This document shows, piece by piece, positions 48,490 to 61,943 of a stretch of DNA of 64,000 nt. Position 1 is the stretch's first letter. Every line of letters starts with the position of its first letter. The position numbers were made by a program, and so were the translations under genes. The stretch is taken from contig NC_082711.1 in NCBI RefSeq assembly GCF_030144855.1, positions 47,678,001 to 47,742,000 of the forward strand, written 5' to 3'. The notes under the pieces were generated by a model, which was not told the DNA's origin, searched no databases, and worked only from the letters and a program-made list of their open reading frames with translations. Source of the stretch: Hypanus sabinus (lineage: Eukaryota).

Positions 48490-49450
48490 GATGGTAATAA
48501 TGAGAAGAGGGCATGTCAAATGTAGTGAATGTCCTTAATGATGGATGCCACCTTCTTGAGATACTCCCTTTTGAAGGTGCCATCAACATTGTGAGACCTA
48601 TCCTGAAATGGAGCTAGATCCACAACCCACTGCAGCCTCTTGTGATCCTTCATACCAGGAGGTGATACAACCAGTCAGTCTGCTGTCCATGACCCATCTG
48701 TACCAAGTCTCCTCAAATAACTAATATAGTTTAGCTGCTCTCATGCTTTCTTTGTGATTACAGTAATATGGTGGGCTCAGGATAGATTCTTCGAGATATT
48801 AAAGCCCACAAACTTCAATTTGCTCGCCCCTTGCACTGTTGACTCCACAATGAAGACTGATGTGTGATCTTCTGACTTCCACTTTTTGAGGTCCATAATC
48901 AATTACTTGTTCTTACTAACGCTGAGTGCAAGGTTGTCAGTGTGACACCACTCAACTAGCTGATTTGCCTCACTCCTGTACACCTATTAATCACCATTAG
49001 AGATTCAGCCAACAACAGTGGTGTCACATCATTGAATTTATAGATACCACTTGAACTCTGTCTAGCCACACTGACATAGAGAGAGTAGAGCAGTAAGCTA
49101 AATACGAATGCTTGAGGTGCACCTGTAGTCAGTAGGAGATGTTACTACTGGTCCGCGCTGACTGCTGTCTCCTGATGAGGAAGCCAAGGATCCACTTGAA
49201 GAGGGAGGTACTAAGGCCAGGCTTTGAGACTTGTTAGTCATTACTGAGGTAATGATAGTATTCAATACTGAGCTGTAATCAATAATCAGCAGCCTGACAC
49301 AGGTATTGCACTTGTCCAGGTGTCCAAGGGCAGGAAGAGAGCTGACGAGATTGCGTCTGCTGCACATCTGTTGTGGAACTAGGCAACTTGCAGCGGGTCC
49401 TTGCCCTTGCTCAGTCATGAATTTATTCCCTCAAAACACCTTATCACAGC
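48490..49450 (-). mobile_element. Rex1-type RT fragment
   Basis: ALGHLDKCNTCVRLLIIDYSSVLNTII. Confidence 0.85.
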
Positions 49451-49740
49451 ATCCTACAGGCTAACCATCCTCTGAGATCTCCTCCCCATATAGGATCTCC
49501 TGCATTCCCTGCTTTAATCAATGTCAGCTACTTGATTGTTCAGCCAGCAAAGGATTACCTGCAAATTGTTGGAATCTCACTTTAAGCATCATGACCCGCT
49601 TTGGTCTTTGAATTCACTCCTTAAGCCCTCCACTTCAACCAAGCTTTAGTGCATCTGCCCTAATAACTCCTTGACTAGCTCATATTTAATTGGATAAATG
49701 CTCCATCTAAGCATCTTGGAATGATTTTGCAAAATTTAAA

Positions 49741-49945
49741 CACTCAGTGACCACTTTCTCAGGTACTGCTGTACTCAAGGTTGTTAATGCAAATTATCTA
49801 ATTAGCCAATCATGTGGTGCCAACTGAATGCATAAAAGCATGCAGACATGGTCAGGAGGTTCAGTTGTTGTTGAGAACGAACCAGAATGGTGTTTGTAGC
49901 ACTTTATTAGGTACGGGATGTACCTCATCAAGAGGCCACTGAGTG
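49741..49945 (+). mobile_element. Tc1-family MITE (205 bp deletion derivative)
   Basis: TIRs cactcagtgaccact / ggccactgagtg followed by TA. Confidence 0.85.
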
Positions 49946-52900
49946 TAAATAGTGGTTGGTGCTGCTTCAATACCCTTTGCTGATTTATCCGTCATTATTC
50001 ATGGTCCAATTGTTTTGGTTCTTCAGTGAATATAAATGACATTTGGACTCAGTGGGCATACTTTAATTCACATTTTAATGCATGTTTCCAGAATTCAAAC
50101 AAATAATTCATTACCTTAAGGGGTAGGCTTAATAGAAGGAAAGAAAACATTACTATACGATCATACTTAACAAATTCAATGAGAAGAACGCAAGAAATTA
50201 AGTGTTATGTAAGAGTACAAGAGTAATAAGGATTTGAAGGCTGTTTTAAAAATGTTTGACCAGGCGTAGCATTCCCATCTCAAAGGAAGGAATAGGTGAA
50301 ATAAACTCTTTTGGGACAGGGGTGGAGTACAGGGCATGAGTTCATTTCCTTAGAAGAGCAAACTACAGCAGGTAACAATTATAACCTGCCAAAAGAGGAA
50401 CCTAAAATTGTCACATTTCTTCGCACTCCCTTTACCATTCAGTGAACTATTGCCAGGTTTAACTTTCCATGTAGGAACAGAATTGGGCCACTTGGTTTGG
50501 TGAGTGTGCTCTGCCATTTCATCAAGTATCCCTCTCAGCCCCAATCTCCTGCCTTTTTCCCACATCCCTTCATGTCCTGACCAATTAAGAATCTATCAGC
50601 CTCTGCCTTAAATATACATAAATACTTGGCCTAAACAGCTGCCTGTGGCAAAGAATTCCACAGATTCATAACTCTCCGGCTAAAGTTCCTCCTCATTTCC
50701 ATTCTAAAAGCACACCCCTCTATTCTGAGGCTGTGGTCTCTGTCCTTAGACTCTCCCACCATAGGAAACACCCACTCTATCAAGGCCTTCCAACATTCAA
50801 TTCCTTTCATTGAGGTCACCCCTCATTTTTTTCAATCCCAGTGAATAAAGGCCTGCAACCATCAAATGCTCTTTATGTGACAAGCCATGCAAAGCTGGAA
50901 TCATTTTTGTGAAGCACCTTTGAACTCTCTCCAGTTTCAGCACATCCTTTCTAAGATAAGTTTCCCTAAACTGCTCACAATACTCCAAGTGAGGCCTCAC
51001 CATTGCCTTATAAAGCTTCAACTTTACATCCTTGCTTTTATATTCTAGTCCTCTCAAAATAAATGCTAATATTGCATTTGCCTTCCTCACCACAGACTCA
51101 ACTTGCAAATTAACCTTTATAGAATCCAGCACAAGGACTCCCAAGACCCTTTGCACCTCACATTTTTGAATTTTCTCTCCATTTAGAAAATATACAACCC
51201 TTTCATTTCTTCTACCAAATTGTGTGACCATACACTTCCTGACACCGTATTCCATCTGCCACTTCTTTGCCTATTCTCCTAATCTGTCAAAATCCTTCCA
51301 TGGCCTCTCTGCTTCCTCAGCATTACCTGCCCTTCCACAAACTTTGTATCATCCACAATCTTGGTCACAAAGCCATCAATTCCACCATCCATATCATTGA
51401 AATATAAAGTAAGAAGTAGTGGTCCCAACACAGACCTCCATAGAAAAGCACTAGTCATCGGCAGTGAACCAGAAAAAGCTCTATTTATTCCCACTCCTTG
51501 CCTTCTGCCAATTCAACAATACTCTGTCCATGCCACTATCTTTCCGTTAATATCACGGGCTCTTATCTTCCTAAGCAGTCTCATGTGTGGTACTTTGTCA
51601 AAGGCCTTTTGAAAAACCAAGTACACAACATCCACTGATTTTCCTTTGTCTTTCCTGCTTGTTATTTCCTCAACAAATTCCAACAAATTTGTCAGGCAAG
51701 ATTTTCCCTTAAGGAAATCATGCTGACTCTGGCCTATTTTGTCAAATGCCTCCAAGTGCCCTGAAACCACATTCTTAACAATTGACTCCAATACCTTCCC
51801 AACCACTGAGGTCATACTAACTGACCTATAATTGTTTTTCTTCTGCCTTTGCCCCCTTCTTGAAGAATGGAGTAATATCTGCAATTTTCCAGTCCTCAGG
51901 TACCATAGCCGTAATTGAAAGATCATTATTAATGCCTCCACAATCTCTTCAGCTAACACTTTTAGAACCCTGGAGTGTAGTCCATCTGCTCCAGGTGACT
52001 TATTGTCCTTCAGACCTCTCAGTTTCCCAAGCATCTAGTAATAGCAACGGCACTCAATTCTGCACCTTGACACTCTCAAACTTCTGGCATACTGTTAGTG
52101 TCTTTCATAGTAAAGACTGATGCAAATATATATTCAGTTCATCCACCATTTCCTTGTACCACATTACTATCTCTCTAGCAGCATTTTCCAGTGGTCCAAT
52201 ATCCACTCTCGTCTCACTATATATCTGAAAATCTTTTGGTATCCTCTTTGATATTATTGCTTAGCTTTCTTTCATATTTCATCTTTTCTCTCCTTATGGT
52301 TTTTTTGTTGCCTTCTATTGGTTTTTAAAAGCTTTGCAATTCTCTAACTTACCACTACTTTTTGCTCTATCTTACGTTGTCTCTTTGCTTTGGCTTCCCT
52401 TGTCAGCTTCCATCATCCTGCCGTTCTTCTTCTTTGGGGTGTATCTATCCTGGACCTTCCTAATTACTCCCAGATACTCCAGCAATTGCTGCTCTGCTGT
52501 CATCCCTACTAGTACCCCCTTCCAATCACCTTTGTCCTGCACCTCTCTGTAATTCCCTTTACTTAACTATAATACTGCTACACTTGACTTTAGCTTCACC
52601 TTCTCAAATAAATTCTATCACATATGATCACTGCTGCTACGGATTCCTTGACCTGAAGCTCTCTCATCAATTCCAGTTCATTGCACAATGCCCAGTTCAG
52701 AATAGCTAATCCCCTAGAGGGCTCAACCATGAGCTGCTCTAAAAGCCATCATATAGACATTCTACAAATTCCCCCTCTTGGAATCCAGTACCAACCTAAT
52801 TTTCCCCAATCTACCTGCGCATTGAAATCCCCCAGAACTATTGTAGCATCGCCCTTTGAAATTCATTTTTTATCTCCTGTTATAATTTATAGCCCACATC

Positions 52901-53282
52901 TATGCTATTGTTCAGAGGTCTGTATATAACTCCAGCAGAGTCTTTTTACCCTCACAGTTGTAACCACTACCCATAACAATTCTACACCTTCTGACCCTAT
53001 GTCACCTCTTTCCAAGGATTTGATTTCATTTATTACCAACAGAGCCACGCCACCCCCTCTGCCTTCCTGTCTCTCTCAAAACAATGTTAAGCTCCCAGCT
53101 ATATTTTTCTTTCACCCATGATTCAGTGATGCCCACAACATCATACCCGCCAATTTGTAACCGTACTACAAACTCACCTACCTTATTCAGTACACTGTAG
53201 GCCTCAAATATACCTTCAGTCCTGAATGCATCACCCCTTTTGATTTGTCTCCCTTTTACATTACTCATCCCATTGAGTGCAA

Positions 53283-53650
53283 CGGGGACACTTCTTTTCC
53301 TTTATTAGGGAGAGAGAGAGAGAGCCAGTGGTATGTTGAATTACTGGGTGAACGAGAAGTTTTTAAGGTACTGCAAATCTGTGTCTTTATTGACGCTTGC
53401 TGCATGCTTGAGTGCTTGGTAGAGGGCGTTGATGCTTTTCTGCTGGTGTGGGTGGGGGGGTCATGTCATTGCTGCTGCTTGTGCATAGGAGGGGGAGTTG
53501 TTGGCAGGTCTTTGGGATTCTAATATGTAATTGTTATTCATTCTTTGGGGCACTCCTCTGTTTTCGTGGATGTTTGCGAAAGAAAAGAATTTCAGGATGT
53601 ATATTATATACATTTCTCTGACATTAACTGTACCTATTGAACCTATTGAA
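53283..53650 (+). mobile_element. Short retroposon / LINE 3'UTR with (cctattga)2 tail, nested in CR1
   Basis: Interrupts the CR1 inter-domain sequence. Terminal aagaatttcaggatgtata..cctattgaacctattgaa resembles Rex-type tails. Confidence 0.55.
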
Positions 53651-54471
53651 TTTCGCCCTAGCGTCATCCTCTCCTTGCTAGCAGTCTCACTTCACACTGC
53701 CTCTGTTTATAAACTGACTACTCCATCCTCAGCCCTATCACTCAGGTTCCTTCCCCCCTGCCAAATTAGTTTGAACTCTCCTGAACAGCCCTTGTAAAGC
53801 TACCTGCAAGATTATTTATTCCCCTTAGGTTCAGGGGTAACCAGGTCCCTTTGGTACAGGTCATACCATCCCCAGAAGAGGTCCCAATGATCCAGAAATC
53901 GGAACCCCTGCTCCCTGCTCCAGTTCCTCGGCTACGTAATTATCTGCCAAGTGCTCCTATTCTTACGCTCACTGGCACGTGGCACAGGCAGCAATTCAAA
54001 GATTACTATCCTGGAGGCCCTGCTTTGCAGCTTTCTACTTGGCTCCCTAAAGTATCTCTTCAGGATCTCCTCTCCTTTCCTCCCTATGTCATTGGTACCG
54101 GGGTAGAAACCAACCTAGACTTCTGGCTGCTCATCCCCCCTCTTTAAAATGCCGTGGACCTGATCTGAGATGTCCCTGATCCTGGCACCTGAGCTGCAAC
54201 ATGTCCCTGTCGCGCCCACAGAATTCTTCTATGGGATTTCCTGCCACTACTGCACTCCTCCTCACCTCTCTTCTCTTCTAAGGTGAAGAGCCAGACTCAG
54301 TGCCAAAGACCTAGTTGCTACAGCTCTCCCTTGATAGTTTGTCCCCCTTGACAGCATCCTAAAAGATATATATATTATTGAGGGGAATGGCCACAGGAGT
54401 ACCCTGTAACGGTTGGCCATTTCACTTTCTTCTCCTGACAGTCACCCAGTTACCTGTCTCCTGCAACCTAG

Positions 54472-55686
54472 AGTCATAGACAAGTACAGCACAGAAACAG
54501 GCCCTTTGGCCCATTTAGTCCATGCCAAACCATGTAAACTATGTACTCCTTTCAACCTGCAGTGAGAACATAGCCCTCTATACCCCTACCGTCCATTCAC
54601 CTAATCAAACTTCCCTTAAACATTGAAATTGAGATTGCATGCACCACTTGTGCTGGCAACTCGTTCCAAACTCTCTGAGTGACAAAGTTCCCTCTCATGT
54701 TCCCCTTGAACTTTTCACCTTTCACCCTTAACCTCTACTTGTAGTCCCACACAACTTCAGTGCAAAATGCCTGCTTACATTTAACTGATCTATACCTCTC
54801 TTTATTTTGTATACCTCTATTAAATCTCCCCTCAATCTTCTACTTTCCAAGGAATAAACTCCTAATCTTTCTATATAACTCAGGTCCTCCAGTCCCAGCA
54901 ACATCCTTGTAAATTTTTGCAGTACTCTTTCAACCTTATTTACATCTTTCCTATAGGGAGATGACCAAAAGTGCACACAATACTAAAAATTAGGCTTCAC
55001 CAATGCCTTATACAATTTCAATATAACATCTAATTTTATGTACTCAGTACTTTGATTTATGAAGGCCAATGTACCATAAGTTTTTTTACAACCCTATCTA
55101 CTTGTGACACCACTTTTAATTAATTATGGACCAGTATTCCCAGATTCCTCTGTTCTACAGCACTCCTCAATGCCCTACCGTTCACTCTGTAGGACCCACT
55201 CTGGTTGGTACTACCGATGTGGAACACCTCACACTTGTCTACATTAAGTTCAGACAAAAGCTGCCTTTTTCCAGCTGCTCCAGATCCCTGTCCGGTAGTT
55301 TTCCTCGCTGTCCACTACCTCCCCTTTCATCGGCAAATTTGCTGATCCAGTTGACCACATTATCATCCAGATCATTGATACAGATGACAAACAACAAACC
55401 CAGCGCCGATCCCTGCAGCACTCCAGTAGTCAAGTCAGACAGGTAACCATCTGCTACCACTTACAAATAAGCTGGATGAACTCAGCTTATTTTCAGGCTG
55501 CTGAAAGGAGCAGTCAATGTTCCAGGCCAAGACCACTCTCTGTCTTCTCACATAAAGCCAGTGTCTTATCCAATTTACTACCTCATCTTGAATGTCGAAC
55601 TTTTTTGACCAACCTCCCTTCCAGGACCCTGTCAAATGCCTTGTTAAATTCCATGAAGCCAACATCCAAAGTCTTCCCTTCATTAT
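54472..55686 (-). mobile_element. CR1 3' fragment nested in ORF1 of the old CR1
   Basis: GVLQGSALGLLFVICINDLDD..SKFAD and RRLRGDLIEVYKI. cctag on both flanks (54467-71, 55687-91). Confidence 0.88.
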
Positions 55687-56859
55687 CCTAGGGATGACTA
55701 CCTTCAGTCTCCTCTATGAGCTGAATATCCATCGAGCTGCAGCTCCAGTTTTTTAACACTTCCTCTGAGGAGCTGCATCTTATTACACGGTGAAGATGTG
55801 GTTATCTCGAACGCTGGAGCTCTCTCAGAACTCCCACATTTCACACAAAGAACACAACACAGCCCCTGAAATCATTCTTACTGTATTAATGTGGCCTAAC
55901 AAACAAGGAATGCCTGATCTCACCTAAACGTGGTGAGCCAAAGTAACTCTAACACTCACCCAAAGTGCACTCCACTTACCCTTGTCTTTTTTTTAATTCG
56001 CTCTTTCTAATGAATCCCGTTCACTGATTGGGCACAGCTTGAACTGCTGTGAAGCGCTGCTTTTTAAATCTTCAATCGCATACCCGTGTGAAATGGCCAC
56101 TTCTTTTCATGCACCTGTTCACTGATTGGGCACAGTTCCAGCTCTGAAAACTGCCGTGAAAGGCTGCCTTTTAAATCTTCAGTTGCGGACGTGCTTGCAT
56201 TTACCCGATCTATACTCCTGGTAATTTTGATTACCTTTACCCTAACTATACCTGTGTGAAGTAGCCGTTTCTTCTTATGCTCCTATTCACTGATTGGGCG
56301 CAGTCCTAACTCCCTTGAAGCACTAGCCAGCTAACTAGCTTGCATTTTAAAAGCATTTCCAGCTTGCCAGATTTATTAATTATTATATTAGTTACTCCAT
56401 CCTCGGGGCCAATAATATGTTCTGACTGCAAATAAATCAACTAACCTCATACCATAATACAAGGTCAATGAGTGGTAATTATATTGAACTTTTAACATAA
56501 TAAAGTGCCTGAAGACACTTCACAGAAATGCTATCAAATAAAACTTGACATGGCTGTATGAGAAGAAAGGGACAGTTTTCCAGGAGCAATACAAAGAAGA
56601 ATAAAAAGAGGACATGAGGTAACGTGTGCGTAAGATACAGTGGGGTTGACATTTTTTAAAGTGCACCCAGGAGAGCTTTTTGAACTAGTGTGAAGATGGT
56701 TCGACTGGAGAAAGGGCGGTACTAGACCTTGCATTAGGGCATGTAACTGGGCAAGTGATTTAATTGTTAATAGGAGATAGTGACTATAGTCTTTAAAGTG
56801 GTTATGCAAAGGGATAAGGAAGGTCCAGAAATTAAGACCCTGAATTTCAAAATCTTATT

Positions 56860-57282
56860 ACAGGACTCACTGGAACTTAGAAGAATGTGTGGGGATCTTA
56901 TTGCAACCTACCAAGTATTAAAAGGACTAGACAGGGTGGATTTGGAGAGGATGTTTCCTACGGTGGGGGTGTCCAGAACTAGAGAGCATAGCCTCAAAAT
57001 TGAGGGGTGACTGTTCAGAAACAAAGTAAGGAGGAATGTTTTTAGCCAGACAGTAGTAAATCTGTGGAATGTTCTGCCAGAGACTGCGGTGGAGGCCAAC
57101 TCCATGGGTATACTTAAAGCAGAAGTTGATGTTTCCTGAATGGTCAGTGCTTCAAAGGATCTGGTGAGAAGACAGGTGTATGGGGTTGAGTAGGATCTGA
57201 GATCAGCCATGATGGAGTGGAAGTGCAGACTCAATGGGCTGAATGGCCTAATTCTGTTCCTATGTCTTATGGTCTTATGGAC
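56860..57282 (+). mobile_element. CR1 3' fragment
   Basis: GDLIATYQVLKGLDRVDLERMFP and tail cttatggtcttatgg. Confidence 0.9.
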
Positions 57283-57779
57283 TTGGTAACAGTAGACCGA
57301 AAGCAGTTGCTTCAAGGTAGGTCTTAATTCATTAATGGAATCTCCTTCAAGACTGAACTAATTAAAGTTATCAGAGTGAAAGTTATGGCCAATAAGCCCA
57401 AAGGACATTAAGGATTAGATAAAGGAAGATAAAAGGAAGCATGCAGCAGGCAAAATACTAAGGTTACTACCTCCTATTGACCATTCAATCACTCGCCCAG
57501 TAGGTATAGACAACTGATAACATGGGTTTCATGACTACAGAAAATAAAATAGGTACATAAGCAACCAGGATGGCAAAGAAGGAGCACAAAATTTTACTGG
57601 TGGAGAAAATTTAAAGAAAATCTCAAATCATTTTATTAGTATAAGATATCTCTGCTTCTAAGTGTGGATAGAGCTGTACATCATATTTTTTTTTATAATA
57701 ACTTCCCAACCATTGATGTTAGCCTCACAGACTTAAAATTACCTGGCTCAACCCTACTGCCTTTCTTGACTGAATGAGT

Positions 57780-59345
57780 CAAGAACGAGGGAAAGATTAA
57801 AACTCACTGAGGACAAAAATGGCAATCTGTGCATGATTGCAGAAATTACAGCAAGGTCTGAACATCTCACTGGAGAGATTGTTGGAGAATTCAGGGTATG
57901 GTAAACTTAGTAAACAGGTTATCACTAAATTGGAGGAGTCTTTGATTATCATACTAGATATAAAGGTGAATAAATCCCGTGACCTAATGAGGTATAGCCC
58001 TGTTTGCTGTGGGATGAAAGGGAGGAGATTACTAAGGCCTAAAAAAAATTATTGAAACTTTACTGGTCACAGGTGACATGGCAGAAAAATTAGAAAAAAA
58101 ATAAATGTGACTTGTTCAGTCTAGAAGGTATAAGGGTTGAGTCAGGTAATTTAAGCCTGTGAATCTAACATCAATGGTTGGGAAGTTATTGTAAAAAAAA
58201 TCTGACATATAACTCTATCCACACTTCAAAGCACAGGAAGTATTGATGAATTAATTTGTATTTTCTCTCCACTTAGAGATAACCAACCCTTTAATTTCAT
58301 CTAATTAAAGATGTCCTCATGGCCTCGTTAGGGGAAGATCCTATCTGACAAATGTGTTTGGATTTTGATTGAATTGTTTGAAAAGATGTTAAAATATATT
58401 GAAGAGCGAAGATGGATAGGTGATGCTGTATACATAGATTTCATTAAGTTCTTTGACCAAGTCACACAAAAGAAACTGCTCAAAACGGTGAGAGCTCAAA
58501 TTGGCAAAATAGTTCCAAAATTCGCTTGGTAAGAGAAGATAGAGAGTGATGATATTTGCTGAAACCCTCACGTTTTGTTATATACAGTATATTAACAATT
58601 TTAGTATGAATGGAAAAGGTATGATTAATAACTTTGCAGATTGCTAATAATGTGAACAGTCATTTGTTACAGGAAGAAATTGATCAGTTGGCAAACTGAG
58701 CTGATGGAATTTAATCCTGATTAGTGTGAGGCAATACACAGTGAGAGGATTAATGAAGATAGGACAGAGACAGTGAATAGAAGATCCTAGGGAGGACTGA
58801 GAAATAGAGAGACCTCAAATGTGCAAGGATCATTGAAGGTGGGAGTGCATTTGGATTAGGTAGTGAAAGGGCATACGAGATACTCACGTTCTTTAGCTAG
58901 GGCATGGAGTATAAGATAGGGTAGGTTTTTGCACAGCATAATGAATAATTTGTTAGGCCATAGCTGAAGTATGGTGTGCATTTCTGGTTGCAGTTTTAAA
59001 GAAAGGATGTAGTTGCATTGGAAAAAATGCGAAGGAGTTTCACCAGGAATATTATTTGGGATGAAGCATTTCAGATAAGAGGAGAACCCAGATTAACCGG
59101 GTTTGTTTTTCTTGGAGCAGGGGATGCTGAGGAAGATCCTCAGAAAATTATACAAAATTACGGGAGTATAGACAATGTAGATAATAGAAAACTTTTGCTC
59201 ATGGCAGAGGCATCTAAAACTATAGAGCACAGGGTAAGAAGTAAAATGTCAAGAGAGGATCTGAGAAAGAGCATCTCACGCAGAGTGTAGTTGACTTCTG
59301 GATTTCACTGCTGGAGGCAGGTATTCTTACAACTTCTAAGAAACA
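57780..59345 (+). mobile_element. Old degraded CR1 ORF2 fragment
   Basis: Eroded SLTSMVGK, HGLVRGRSYLTN and YGVHFW-type remnants. Confidence 0.7.
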
Positions 59346-59359
59346 TGATCACTTAAGTT

Positions 59360-60287
59360 GCTAAGGCATTGAAAATTATGGATTGATTAGGTAATTTTGA
59401 GGAAGTAGGGAGGCTACAGAAGAAAGGCAGATTCAGAGATGGGAAAAGAAATGACAGATGGAATACAGTGTTGGAAAGTGTATGGTCATGCACATTGCTG
59501 GAAGAAATGAAAGGGTCAACTCTTTTCAAAATGGAGAGAAAATACAAAAAAAACTGAGGCACAAAGAAACTTGGGAGTACTTGTGCAGGACTTTCTAAAG
59601 GTTAATTTGCAGGTTGAGTCTGTGGTGAAGAAGGCAAATGCAATGTTAGCATTCATTTCAAGAGGGCTAAAATATAAAAGCAAGGATGCAATGTTGAGAC
59701 TTTATAAGGTACTGGTGAAGCTTCACTTGAAGTATTGTGAGTAGTTTTAGGGCCCTTAATTTAGAAAGGATGTGCTGAAACTGTAGAGGGTTCAAAGGAC
59801 TTTCACAAAAATTATTTCAGGACTGAATGGTTTGTCATATGAAGAGCATTTCATGCCTCTGAGCCCGTGTTTACTGGAATTCAGAAGAATGAGGGTTGAC
59901 CTCATTGAAACCTATCAAATGGTGAAAGGCTTTGACAGAGTGGATGTGGAGAGGATGTTTCCTGTGATGGGACAGACTAAGACCAGAGAGCACAGCCTGA
60001 AAATAGAGGGGCGTTCTTTTAGAATGGGGATGAGGACGCAATTCTTCAGCCAGAGAGTGGTGAATCTGTGGAATTCTTTGCAATAGCTGTGGAGGCCAAG
60101 ATATTATGTATCTTTAAGGCAGAGGCTGATAGATTCTTAATTGGTCATTACATGAAGGGATACAGCGAGAAAGCAGGAGATTGAGGCTGAGAGGAAAATT
60201 AGCTCAGCAATGATTAAATGGCGGAGCAGACTTGATGGGCCAAATGGCCTTATTATGCTCCTATATCTTATGGTCTCATGGTCTTAT
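59360..60287 (+). mobile_element. CR1 3' fragment
   Basis: LEFRRMRVDLIETY..FFSQRVVNLWNSL and tail cttatggtctcatggtctt. Confidence 0.9.
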
Positions 60288-60785
60288 ATGTGCCTATGAC
60301 TTTTGCATAGTACGGTATTTGTCAATGTGCAGCACAGGCAGAGTTTGTAAATCTGGCGGGAGTAAATGATGTTGGGTATGATGAGGGTGCAGCACCATGG
60401 GAGGGGTGTGGGACAGGTGGCAGAGAAGGAATGCTGGAGCAGTGGGGTTGGTGGCATGCAGACATACACACATACATACCCTGTGACACAAGACAAGGTC
60501 ATTTGATTCTAAACAACTGGTTTATTGATCATTACAGAATGTCTCTCTGGTGCTTTCCTCTCCCTCCCCCCTCCCTTCCTCTCTTCGCAACCATAATTTC
60601 CTTCTCCCTGCCCCCTTTCACTCTCAGTCCAAAATGGAGACTCAGAATAAAGTTTATCATAACTCACATATGTCATGAAATTTTTTTTGTAGCAGCTGTA
60701 CAGTACAATACATAAAGTTTCTATAGTTCTGTGCAAAATTCTTAGGCACTAAGAATAAATATATATATATATGACTTTTGCACAC
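60288..60785 (-). mobile_element. Composite repeat bounded by mini-MITE ends (copy 2)
   Basis: Reverse-complement homologue of 23140-23610. Confidence 0.7.
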
Positions 60786-61260
60786 CTGCTTATTAATCTA
60801 AACAGCCAATCATGTGGCAGTAACTCACATCATTAAAATGTAATCAAGAGCTTCCATTGTTGTTCAGACCAAACATCAGAGTAGGGAAGAAATGTGATCT
60901 AAGTGACTGTTTGTGGAATAGTTGTTGGTGCCAGATGGGCTGATTTGAGTTTCTCAGAACCTGCTGATCACTTGGGATTTTCAACACAACAGTCTCCAGA
61001 GTTTAGACGGAATGGTGTGAAAAACAACAAGACATCCAGTGAGTGGCAATTCTGTGAGCAAAAATGTCTTCTTAATGAGAGTAGTCAGAGGAGAATGTCC
61101 AGACTGGTTCAAGTTGACAGGAAGGCAACAGTAACACAAATTTCAACAGTGATGTACAGAAGAGCTTCTCTGAACACACAACATGCCAAAACCTGACGTG
61201 GATGGGCTACAGCAACCACCCTGGGTTCCCTCCTGCACCTAATAAAATGGCCAGTAAGTT
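60782..61260 (+). mobile_element. Non-autonomous Tc1-like element (left TIR missing)
   Basis: GIVVGARW..ADHLGFS..RRMSRLVQVDRKATVTQI and right TIR cctaataaaatggccagt. Confidence 0.82.
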
Positions 61261-61386
61261 TAAATAGATACATGAACTCTTATGACTCACTGTCTAGAGA
61301 GGAATTTCCAAGGCTAGGCAGAATGATTGAAATCAGGAATAATCAAGAAACCAGAATAGGAAGAGCAGAGATGGTTGTAATGCTTA

Positions 61387-61943
61387 TATAATGCTCTGTA
61401 AGGTTTCACTGCTAATGTAATGGTTTCTCTGTAGCAAAAGTGTTTGGGTTATGACTAGAGATAATGGGGGCTTTGCAATGTACACCATTCGATGAGGGTA
61501 GTGTTGTTCCTTTCTTGTGTGTCTGAGAGAAGGTATTTGTGGTCTTTTTGCTGGCGAGAGATAAGGAGAGATGACGCGAGAGGAGTGAGCTGGTAGACCA
61601 CAGGATGGAGTGGACCTGGAGTGCAGGTCCAGGAGTTGATGACGCTCTGAGAAAATCGATGGGAAACCAATGGAAGGAAAACTGTGAGCTCCAATATGGA
61701 CAACAGACTGTCTCAGTAAAATGGGACTCTTTTTCTTTATGTTTTCTTCACTAACACTATAGTCAAATTAAGAATTATAAAGCTCAATCGTTTAATTGCA
61801 TGTGGTGTACTGTCTGATATTTTGTGGTACTGAGTTGTAACAGGGGAACACATCACATAGCATCCACACAAACAAGATTTCACAAGTTTGGCGGAGGCTG
61901 TCTTCCCCCAGACTAACACTGCTGGCCACACCTGGGGATTACA
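61387..61943 (+). mobile_element. Solo LTR-like element, 557 bp
   Basis: t(a)taat...attaca termini, 4-bp TSD ctta, second copy at 152-666. Confidence 0.7.

Larger units (their letters stand above)
50465..56310 (-). mobile_element. Old full-length CR1 interrupted by two insertions
   Basis: Tail ~50465, RT ORFs 50631-52034, endonuclease (VVGITESW), esterase region, ORF1 N-terminus VLCSLCEMWE at ~55860, repeated 5'UTR at 56019-56300. Confidence 0.88.

Noticed and set aside
7025-53650. Orientation bias of Rex1 fragments toward the host sense strand
   Set aside because: About 8 of 12 fragments are on the minus strand, too few to distinguish from chance. CR1 copies occur on both strands.
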